Positions 38,001 through 49,572 of a stretch of 64,000 bases of DNA are shown here, one piece after another. The notes beneath the pieces are model-generated. The model was given only the letters and a program-made list of their open reading frames with translations, did not search any database and was not told where the DNA came from. The DNA is from Octopus sinensis. Lineage: Eukaryota. Within the stretch, counting starts at the first letter, position 1. Each line of letters starts with the position of its first letter. The translations under genes and the position numbers were made by a program. The DNA lies in assembly GCF_006345805.1 (NCBI RefSeq), contig NC_043013.1:27280001-27344000 (forward strand). Direction: 5' to 3'.

Positions 38001-41000
38001 TGTTGTGGGCTGATTGAATCATTAGTACATTGGACAAATACTAAGTGGCATTTCTTATGGATCTTTATGTTCTGAGTTCAAATTTCACCAGGTCGACTTT
38101 GCCTGTCATCATTTTGGGAGTCTATAAAATAATTACCAGTTACGCATTGGGGTCGATGTAATCGACTCAATCCCTTCCCCCAAATTTGAGGCCATGTGCT
38201 TCCATTAGAAAGGATTATTACAATAGACTAAGGCAGTGAGCTAGCAGAATCATTAGCACCTCAACAAAATACTTAGCATTCCTTCCAGCCCTTTATGTTC
38301 TGAGTTCAAATTCTGCCATGGTCAACTTTGCCCTTGAACCTTCCAGGGACAACGAAATAAGTTCCAATGGAGTGCCGAGGTCGATATAATCAACCACCCT
38401 CTCCTGTTAAAATTGTTGGTCTTGTGTGAGAATTTGAAGCCATTGTTACAATAGCATCACCATACTGCTTTGCTGGATAAGGAAATGCTTTTTTCTTCTG
38501 CTTATACCCTGGTGCACAACTGTTAAGGATATTTCTGTTTTGTGAGCATAACATTTGTAGCATATATACACAGCCTGTTGCATTATTTATTTACAGGTGT
38601 AAGTGCATGGTTAAGAAGTTTGCTTCCCAATTACACAATTTCAAGTTCAGTCCCTCTGTGTGACACCTTCGGCAAGTGTCTTCTACTGTAGCCTCAGGCC
38701 AACCAAAGCCTTGTGAGTGTATTTGGTAGACAGAAACTGAAAGAAGCCCATCGTTTGTGTGTGTGTGAGAGAGAGAGACTACGCAGAAACCCATCACACC
38801 ATATATATATTAAGTAAAAAGAAGTCAGGATTTGTATAAAACTATTTATTTACCACTTTCGTCTCTGTCAGGGATTCACCATAATCCCTGGAAGGGGTAA
38901 AGGCACTAAATAAATATTTTTTATCCAAATCCTGCCACAGATGTCTGGTGCAGTCTCCTGCCTGGCCAGCTTCTGTCAAACCATCCAACATGGAAGATGG
39001 ACATTAAACGATGATGATGATTATATATATTATATATATTGTATATATTTCTATATATATAGTGAATAGTGCTGTAATTGTAGAAGAGTAATGGATGTTA
39101 AGAAGATGAGTTGTGGAGAAAGCTTGGATGCAGGAACACAAGTTAATTAATAGTACGAGAGGGATTTCGTATTAGATGAGTCGAAACACATGTTGTACCT
39201 AATAAAAGTCTAATACAAAATCCATCTCCTATTAATTAATATTAGCCTAACTGTCACTGTGGAGTTCCTGAAGTAAATCCAACGGAAGTGTATCACAACT
39301 ACAGATGACAACAGGTAGCCTAAACTGTGCCAGTGCTCCACTCAACATTTAAACACACTAATCTAATTATACATATTTGTCTAAATTTTCTATTATTATT
39401 ATTATTATTATATATCCATCATTAGCAATGGAAGCAGTGTTAGTTCAAAAACAGCAAGCGTTATATACTGTAGGTGTTCATATTGTTCCTTATGTACATG
39501 ATTTTGTTAATTGACAATGGATATAAATCTTAATGAGAAACAATAGAACCTAGTCACATATCTTCTTCATTCTTGCCATCAGAAATGCAGTGAGCTAATG
39601 ACTAGCCTCTTGGAAGTAGGTAACCAATGATGCTGTATTCACATATTGTCGTCGTCTTTAACATCTGTTTTCCATGCTGACATGTGCTGGGTGGCTTGGC
39701 TGGAACTGCAAGGCCAGGGGCCCACACAAAGTTCTAATGCTTTTTTTGTCTTAGTCTCTACATCTAAATGCCCTTCCTAATGCCGACCATTTTACAGAGT
39801 ACGTTGGATACTTTTTTACATGGCACCATCACCAGTGCTATAAAAAATACCCCAATAAAGCACCTGTATTAGATTTGAACTCAAGACCTTTAAGCTCAGA
39901 GCCCATCATATACACTTGAACACTTAGGCATTCAGTTGAAGACACTCAAACGATAAATCTGCTTAGGCAGAGCTAACTGTGTTCTCCACTACAACAGTAA
40001 TTATCTCTGCCTACCCTTTCATTAATCATCCTCATATTAACATCCACTTTTCCATCCTTGCATGGGTTGGATGGAGTTTCTTGAGGCAGATTTTTTTCTG
40101 TGGATGCCCTTCCTGTTGCCAACCCTCACCTATTTCCAAGCAAGTTAATATTTCCACAGAATATTGGAAATGAACAACACTGCTTGTATGACAGTGACAA
40201 TCATTTACAGCTATTACATGATGTCAAGATGAGGGGATACTCACACTTTCAGACATACGTATACATATGCACACATGCGCACTCACATATACAATGGGCT
40301 TCTTTCAGTTTCCATCTACCAAATCCACACACAAAGCTTTGGTTGGCCCCAGCTTTTTGAAGAAAATGCTTGCGCAAAGGGTCACACAGTAGGACAGGAT
40401 ACAAAATCATGTGGTTGGAAAGCAGGGGTCTTATCACACAGCTTCACCTAACCCTTAATGTTCATAAATTTTGTCAAGGGTTTCTTTTATGTCTCGAGTT
40501 CAGTCCCATTGCCTAGTACTTTGACAGATGTCTTCTGTTGTAACCCTTGACCAACCAGAGCTTTGTGAGTGGATTTGTTTGATAGAAACTGAAAGAAGCC
40601 CATTGTATGTGTGTGTGTGTCATCATCATCATCATCTTTTAAAATCTGTCTTCTATGCTAGCATGGGGTTGTTTGTTCAAGAGGATCTGATGAGCCAGAA
40701 GATTGTGTCAAGCTCCACTGTCTGTTTTTGGCATGGTTTCTATAGCCAGATGCTCTACAGAATGTACCAGGTGCTTTTTTCATGGCACCAGCACTAAATA
40801 GCTCACATGACAAGACCCTCCCTCAACTGAGTGGGGGTGTAATGTTGAGGGTGGTGCCTTTGTGCCAAGTGATGAAAGACTAAAGTGTGATAAAGGGACA
40901 GGAACGAGTGTCCTGTTGTAGAGAAAATACATGACTACCCCAATTGGAAAGAGAGAAAAGATGGTGATGAGAAAGTGTCAGAGTGAGCCTTCAAGGTACA

Positions 41001-43964
41001 AGAAGGGGAATATAAGGGAGAGAGGAATGGTTAGGTGGGGGAGTTTGTGAGAGTGACAGATGGTTAGAGATGGGGATAAAGGTGAATGGGGAACAAGGGT
41101 GGAGAAAGGGTCAGTGGTAAATATTAGTTTTGGAGGGAAATCTGAATAGGAGTGGCTCAAGGAGAAAGATGTGATAGGGGGAAGTGCCAAAAGGGGTTGG
41201 TAAGGAGCAACAGTATAATATAAACAATAGGAAGATGATGTGAAGTGGTGGAATTGATGGAAGGGAGCACAGTGACAGGGGTCAGGACTACATAGGGGTG
41301 CAAAAAGGGAGTAATGAACAAGGGTTGGTTGGGGAGTCATCAATGGCAGATATGGGGTGGGGGCAAGGGAGATGGGTATTCAATGGAAAATAAAGTGGTC
41401 AGAGATAATATATAAAATGCCTGATGGGTAACAAGGGAAGTGGTTCGAAAGAGAAGGATAACTAGCTGCACACAAGGGGGATGGATTATGTGTATTTCTA
41501 CCCTCATGTAATTAGGGCAGCTGAGTGAATAGTGCTGTAATCATAGAAGAGTAATGGATGTTAAGAAGATGATTTGTGGAGAAAGCTTGGATGCAGGAAC
41601 ACAAATATAAATTATATACATTTTGGGGCTCAATTTTTACTGAGATGGACAGATCTCCTCAAGTATAACAAGTTGCCAGTCATCACTGCGACGCCCAACA
41701 TCCTGAGGTCAATCTTCATACATATATGTGTGTGTTTGTGTTTCCTTGTTTCGACATCATCTGATGTTTATAAATGAGCATTGCCTTTCTACAAGCAATG
41801 TCCCCTTGTTTCCAGTTTTGTATGTAAACATTTTTGGTCATGGGAAAATATTACCTGACTTTTGGAACAAGTGAGGGTCAGCAACAGGAAGAGCACCCAC
41901 CTGTAGAAAACCTGCCTCAACAAATTCTATCTGGTCCATGCAAGCATGGGAAAGTTGATGTTAAAACTATGAAGAGGAGGAAATGGAGGAAGATTTCTTT
42001 TCGTTATGTTCCAGTATGAAATTACTAATGCCAATGCTGGTTCTTTTACTGGATCTCACAAAATTCTTGTTGCTTTTCAAAATTAATCAGCAGCCCTGTC
42101 AGAGCAGACTGATACCCAAAGACATTTCCATCCATTTTTTATTCAGCTGTATGCATCTAGAACAACATTATCAAATATGTACTTTTTTTTTTAAATTGGT
42201 ATAAAATGATTTGAGGAAGATTTGTGTGCTATTTCTAGCATGCTAAAGCTCCCTCATTGTTGTCTATGACATCATTGTTTTATGTTTTTTTATTCTTTTG
42301 TACCCCTGTACTGAGCACAAATCGTCAAATTCAACAGTTCACTGGACCAAGTGGTTGTCAGCCTGTATTTTGACTCCGGCACGACAGTGTCTGTTGTCAA
42401 GGCACCCTCAAATGGCCCAGTCCATCTAGCTGTACGTAGATACCTTTGGGTGGGTGTGAACAACTCTGCACTGCTAACAGTGACACAGCTATAAAACTGA
42501 GGAGCATTTCGTTGGCTTCCTCTATGATGGTTCAATTTCTCCTTTGGGATAAAGTTTCTTGTGCTAGACTAAGGAGCCTGTCTAGGAGGAGATTTCTCTT
42601 CACATCCTGGAAACCAGCAGACTGTGAAGATCCATGGGAGGACATCCTGTGGATGTTGAAAATTTACTGATTATGGTATTCTAAAAATATATAGAACCTA
42701 AAATATTTAGAGCTGTCGTAACTTTTCTATTAAACATAAACAGGTTGGTTTTGGAGTGGTTAGGTGGTTAAAAAATTTGCTAAGCAATAAATGTTTTAGT
42801 TTTAGTCCCATTCCATGTCACTATAGGCAAAAATTTTCTTCTGCTAAAGCTTCAGGCTGACCAATGCCTTGTGACTGGAATTCAGTTGCTGAAAATTGTT
42901 GGAAGCCCATCGTGTGTGCGCATGGATGTGTGTATGTGTGTGTTTAGCAATACCTTTGAGATATTTGTTCTGACTTAGTTGTATAGATGCTCCTTTGTCA
43001 TTGTCACTACCTGGAATGCAGTGAACCAGTGACCAATAATACAAGATATAAATAAAAATGGTTTCAAATTTTGCCTCAAGGGCAGCTATTTTGGGGAAGG
43101 GCCAAGTCAATTACATTGATCCCTAGTGTTCAGCTAGTGCTAATTTTATCGACGCCGAAAGGGTGAAAGGTAAAATAGAACTTGACAGAATAATAATAAT
43201 ATTGGCTTGAAATTTCGGCTCAAAAACAGCAGTTTCAGGGAAGGTGCTAAGTCAATGACATCAACCTCTGTTCAACTGGTTTTCCTATTATTGACCCTGA
43301 AAGGATGAAAGGCAAAGTCAACTGAACATAAAGACAAATGAAATGCCACTTTTACCCAATGTGCTTACGATTCTGCCATAATAATAATAATATAATAATA
43401 ATACAACAGAAAGAGTTGTATTCATGTGCATCCTTTGCTAGAATGATCTGATTCTATTTTCCTTTTTTTCCGAAAGCCATGAAATCTGGCTGGTGGTATC
43501 TAGCTGACCCAGAACATTTAAAAGGCGTGCTGAAGTGCCTTCATCCTCGCGGCATACGGGAAAAGAACCTCCAGAAAGCTTTACAGAAATATTTTGACCA
43601 AGCCTGTCAAGCCTGCAAGAAGGATATGAGAGACGGTCAGTAGCATTTTTTATGTGTCCTGTTTGTTGGGATTTCCCACTGTCTCATTACCCACCCACCC
43701 CCACACTCTCTACCCCTTTCTCTCTCTCTTAATACCCATTTATCTCACCCTTCACTCTTTCTTTTGCTCTTCCACTTTCACTCATCTCATTCTTCTCTCC
43801 CCCTCCCCCCCTTTCTCATGTAAATATTATTTATATCACCTCATGTAATGGCCAATACATTACGTTAATATCAACCAGCAATATACAGTTTTGATTTCTA
43901 TCAAGAAAAAATATTCTATAAAAAGCACAATATAATATTTGAAAAAAAGATCTAAACATACACA

Positions 43965-44002
<38 letters not shown>

Positions 44003-47000
44003 TACTTATTATATATTGATTATTCATTTTTATACTTTTTGTGATCTAGTTATAAGTTATGTTTTGTAAAAAATATATTTTATTTTTTATTTATGATTTG
44101 GTTTATGTCTATCATTGTTTAAATTGCATAATAGTATTTTTTTCTCTAATTTATATTTTATATATTTATATTGTGATATTTGATTTAATACTAAATTGAA
44201 TTTTTCCCTGTAAGTTTATATATGTATTATTAAGGTATCATATTTGATGGTATATAAGAAATAATGTTTTCCAAAATATCACAAAAATCATCCCAGGTTC
44301 TTTATATGCAAAGTTGGGCCTATTTTATGTGTTTTCCCTGACTGTGCCCTGCTGAAATTGGGATGTATTTGAAATATCCAATATATCTTTTAACCCTTGG
44401 GTATTCAAACAGACCATATCTGGCCCCAATACTTTACCAGTTTTATGTTCAAACTGGCCAGACCTGATCTCTCACACCTACCCGACAATGTCATTCTGAA
44501 AATATAGAATCACATCATCGAAATCTCAAAGCTAAGAGATAAGGCATGATTAATAGAAAATAATATGACTAAAGAAGCATTACGTTTGACAGAATAATCT
44601 GTAAAATAAACGGTTAATACCATCAAATATTGTATTTAATTGTGAATGGTATTTCTAGAAACTCGTGTGTGTGTAGAATTTTAATAAGAAACAAGACAAC
44701 TAAAAGAAAACTATTCTCTCCATTTTATCTTGTTTTTATTTGTTATTTGTTATAAACAGAACTCAAAATCCAAGTGAGAGAGGAGTTTCAATATGTTTCC
44801 ACAACTGGAGCCCCTCCACCAGATTTAGACTCAAGTTGGATGTCTAATGTAGCTCACCAACTAGAGAACAGTGTCATGGAAACCATAGGAAAACTTGAAG
44901 AACGTGTGTTTTCTGCAAGTTTACAAGTTAAGCTACGTGACAAACAGGATGGCCAAAACTGCAGCGTTTCAGCCAAGGTAAGACGGCTTTTCACTCAATT
45001 CTTTGCAACCCGTTTATATGATATTAGGCTGTTAGATAAAGTCATTCGTTTTTTTGTTTTTTTTCTGCTTGGCACCCCATCATCATATATCTAAAAAGAA
45101 GTAAAAATTTATTTATTCAAAGGCAATGTATAAAAGTTGTAGAGGAAGAAAAAAAGCTACAGAAAAAAACAGTTTGATAAAAATATTTTTTGTGTTAATT
45201 TCAAAAAAACTGGAAACGATCAAAACAAACAAATTTAAGTGACAACCCAATATACACATAAACAGACACTTGATGATGAAGAGGATGACATACATACATT
45301 CATTCTTTCTTATTATATGTACTTAAATCCTTTAAAATGTTTTAGCCCGAAGGCCGCGGCCATGCTGGGGCACCACCATACTACATAATTGCCTTGAACT
45401 GTATGGATGGTCCCTCTACCAAATCATGCAGATGCAAGAGTAATGCAGTTATTATTCAGAACTGCAACCTATATGGTAATGTTGTTGCACACTTAACACA
45501 TCTACTTACACACACACACACATCACACAAGGGATTTTTGGTGAGGAGGGGGTTATGGCTAAGTAAAGATTTGTAGGAGCGAGGGATGAAAAAACTACAA
45601 CTCCTAGTTTTCCTGCGATAGGAGACCTGCTCTAAACATCCACCACCAGAACTTTACGTAAAAGCACCTCTTTAGTACCTCTGAGTAGAGTTCTGGTGGT
45701 GGGTGTTTAGAGCCCCTTTCCCCAGAATTTCAGACTGTGCCTATAGCAGAAAGGATTATTATTGTTGTTGTTGTGATTGTTATTGTTATTATTACTCCAA
45801 AACAGCTTCTCTCAAATTTAAGTTCACTTGTGCCAACAAGAAATACAACTTTGTGATGAATTTCTTCGACTTAAATGTAGTAAATTTGCAATGCAATATC
45901 TAATTCTTTTAAAATTCCACCTTCTTTCTTTAGGGATCAAAGTTACCTCCGAAACCAGTTGCTCCACCCTCTGAAAGTGATCCACCTCCAAATCCAGGTG
46001 AAGAAACAGAGGAACAAAAGCAAAGTTTCTTAGAAGATGCACAAAAACGACTCTTAAAATTGGAACGAAATATTGAGCGACGTTACTTAAAACCACCATT
46101 ATGTAAAAAGTAAGTTCTTCCCACAAAACCATTTTATATTTTCCTTTAGCACATTGTAGGTGCATCATGTCACCATATGAGTTTTCTCCCCTGTAGTACC
46201 AGGGCAATGGCAAGGGAGGTAATTCTAAAGAAAATGCAATGTACTAAAGGTTAAAAAAGGAACCTCTAAATTTACTGACAAACATGTGGAAATACAACCA
46301 TTATTCTTCAGTATTTACTTCCTTACCCCTTTAGCTCTTAAACTAGCCAGATCTGGCCTTTCACGACTACCCTACATTGTCATTCTAAAAATCAACAATC
46401 GGATTATCAAAATTTCCAAGCTATGAGATAATCCATGATTAATTCAAAACAATGTGAATAAATAAGCATCACATTCAACAAAATAATCAGAATGTTAAAG
46501 GGTTAAATCCTTTTCTCCTTCAGGGACATAGACTATTGACACCTTTACTCCAATGTTCTTGACCCCAGGTCGTCTTTTCAACTTCTTTCCGGTTGGATCC
46601 CTGCTTTTTTTATTTCTGCTTCGGTATCCCATCTTTCCCTGGGGGAAGACCTTTCCCTACCAGGTCTTGTTGGTTTTGAATTGTCACTGATCCTTCTGGA
46701 ATTTTACTTTTTTCTATGTAATGGTGTTGGCCCTATGCAAACGCATTTTTCACCTTTGGGAAGAGGTGGCCTTTATTAGTCTGACTTCTGTCCTTTGACC
46801 TGTCCAGCATTGGAGGCCCTACCAAAAGCTTGCAGTGAAATTTTCTGTACAAAAAAATATAAAAGACATACTGTAGACTGTAAACTTTCATTATTAAATT
46901 CATTTGTTCTTTCAATAGAAACATTTATAATGATGGCTCATTATAATAAAAATACATAATAATGGCTCATTATAATAACATACATAATGATGGCTCATTA

Positions 47001-49465
47001 TAATAAACATACATAATGATGGCTCATTATAATAAACATACATAATGATGGCTCATTATCATAAACATACATAATGATGGCTCATTATAATATTAGGTTG
47101 AGGAAGAGTTTATGCGCTGTGTTAAAATAATGCCTTTTTATATATTTTTGCAGTGTGTTTATTCATTCAGTTCATTATTTTAACACAGCGCACAAACTTT
47201 TTCCTTAACCTAGTAATTACAGTATTTCAGAAACAAATACATTTAGCTTTTTTAGTTTATGGTCACTTCTTGATGATGACAATATTTATTTATTATCCTT
47301 ATTAATAAGGATAATACATAAATTATCTCATCATCATCATCATTTAATGTCCATGTTCCATGCTGGCCTGGGTTGGATGGTTTGACTGGAGCTGGATTGT
47401 GTACCTATACTTTGGCATTTTTTTAAGGCTGGATGCCCTTCCCAATGCTAGCTGCTGCTTTACAGAAAGTACTTGGTGCTTTGTTTTTTCCACACCTCTG
47501 ATGATCCATTACGGTTAGGCATCCAGATGCATTTGGGACATCCAATGCTGAGTTCCAAATAAATGCAAAGGGGAAGCATCTGTAGAAACTAAACATTTAT
47601 ATTCGTGTTTATCTTGATTTCCATTAAGCATGGCTGTGTGATAAGAAGCTTGCTTACCAACCATCACGTGGAACCTCAGGCTGACCAAAGCCTTGTGAGT
47701 GGATTTGGTAGATGGAAACTGAAAGAAGCCCATCGTATATATATACAGTGTTGGTAAGCTTATGTTCCTATAACTTAGAAGTTTGGCAAAAGAGACCAAC
47801 AGAATAAGTACTAGGCTTTAAAAAAATAAGTCCTGGGATCGTTTTGTTCAACTAAAACCCTTCAAGGCAGTGCGTGAGCATGGCCACAGTCAAATGGCTG
47901 AAACAAATATAAAAATATATATGTGTGTGTATATTGTTTTTCTTCTCATTTAAATTTGATCTCTAAAAACTATTTTTCTTTCATTGCAGAATCCAGATTA
48001 GTTTGTCTAATATTGCATTAGCTGGAGAGAACCAAAATAGTTCCCATGAAAACAGAAAAGACGAGGGGGAGGAAGACGTTCCACCTGGACTGCTCACCTG
48101 GCGAAATGCCGTCCATTCAGCCAAATCTGTCGCTCAGTTATCAATATGTGCTAACTTCTTGATTAACTCTATAGCATGGGAAAAATCAATCATGAAAGTG
48201 GTAATTAAATTTAATGATTTTTAAGATGAGATGGTCATGAGTGAATTGCTTTTGGTTGCTGGTCTGCTAGATCAAGTCTGACCTGGAACTTTACAACAAT
48301 TGGCTTGGCTGTGTAGTAAGAAACTTGCTTCCCAGTTATATGGCTTTGGGTTCAGTGCCACTGCATGGCAGGACTGTGGAATTGAACCAAAAAAACTCCA
48401 ACTCCTCTATTATTGGCAGCTCTGACTCTTCTTTATGTAATTAAGTGATTGTGGTCTACATATGCATACACTTGTACTTTGAGTAGGCCTATATGTTATG
48501 ACTGTTTTATTTTAAAGAATAAAGATATTGTGGGTTGGATTGGTATAGTTTTATCAACCCTGACTCCAGCTACCCCTTAACTGTTTCTGACTCCGCAACT
48601 CCGACTCCTTCTGTGTGGCACTTTGGACAAGTGTTTTTACTATATAGCCTTGGGCCAACTGAAGTTGAGTGAATTTGGTAGACAGAAACTGAAAAAAAGC
48701 TTGTCGTATATGTTTTTGTGTCTCCTTGCAGAATTGTTGTAACTGAATGTCATTCATTACCAATATGCTGCAAAAAGGTCTCTAGCCAACCATGGAGGAA
48801 ATATTACCTTGCTCAGAAACAGTTAAGGGTTGGCAACAGGAAAGGCATCCAGTCATAGAATATCTGCCTCATTAAACTCTGTCTAACCTATGCAAAAGTG
48901 GATGTTAAAACAATGATGATGATGAATTCTTATCCAAGATTTCATTTTCTAAGCACACCACATTCCAAAGAGTCAGATGACATCTCCAGGCGCTCTCCCT
49001 GAATGGTATCATGCCTAAACTGAAGCCTGCTCTTTTGAATTTGCCTGGTTCCTGCTCACCTCCGCACCACTCTGATGTGAAACTCTGCCCCAGTTTGCAG
49101 TTCTCTTTAGACTCTGAGCAGTTCCTTCCTTCTGGTGATTTTGTCTCAGTGATCAGTTCCTTCAGCATATCACTATGATGTATTTATCCCCAACAAACAC
49201 GAGCTTCGAGTTTAAAACCACACATCTGCCCTTTGACTGGAAGTAGACTTCCATTGGAGCTGAGAGAGAGAAAGAGGATGTATGAAAGAAAGAGAAAAGG
49301 AGAGAGAGATTGCAGTGAGAGAGTGAGTGTTCATATAAGAGAAAGAGAGCATTGTATGCGTGGGAGAGATAATGTGTGTGTGTGTGTGCGCAAAGGATAC
49401 TTTGCTCTTAAGAGACGATCTGTTGTACTCTGCAGGAGATATGCCATGACCGGTCTTCCTTTGGC

Positions 49466-49503
<38 letters not shown>

Positions 49504-49509
49504 TGCACA

Positions 49510-49572
<63 letters not shown>

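Noticed and set aside
40687-40693. CTGATGA hammerhead 5' cores here, at 47498-47504 and on the minus strand at 30906-30912
   Set aside because: No helix II followed by GAAA and an NUH site at a suitable distance
42290-42670. GC-richer stretch with short ORFs faintly resembling a retroelement integrase zinc-binding region
   Set aside because: The motif spacing is not convincing by eye; it needs a translated search
46927-47088. CRISPR-like look of the palindromic repeat array
   Set aside because: The spacers are near-identical and only 10-11 nt, there are no cas genes, and the context is eukaryotic; treated as a minisatellite
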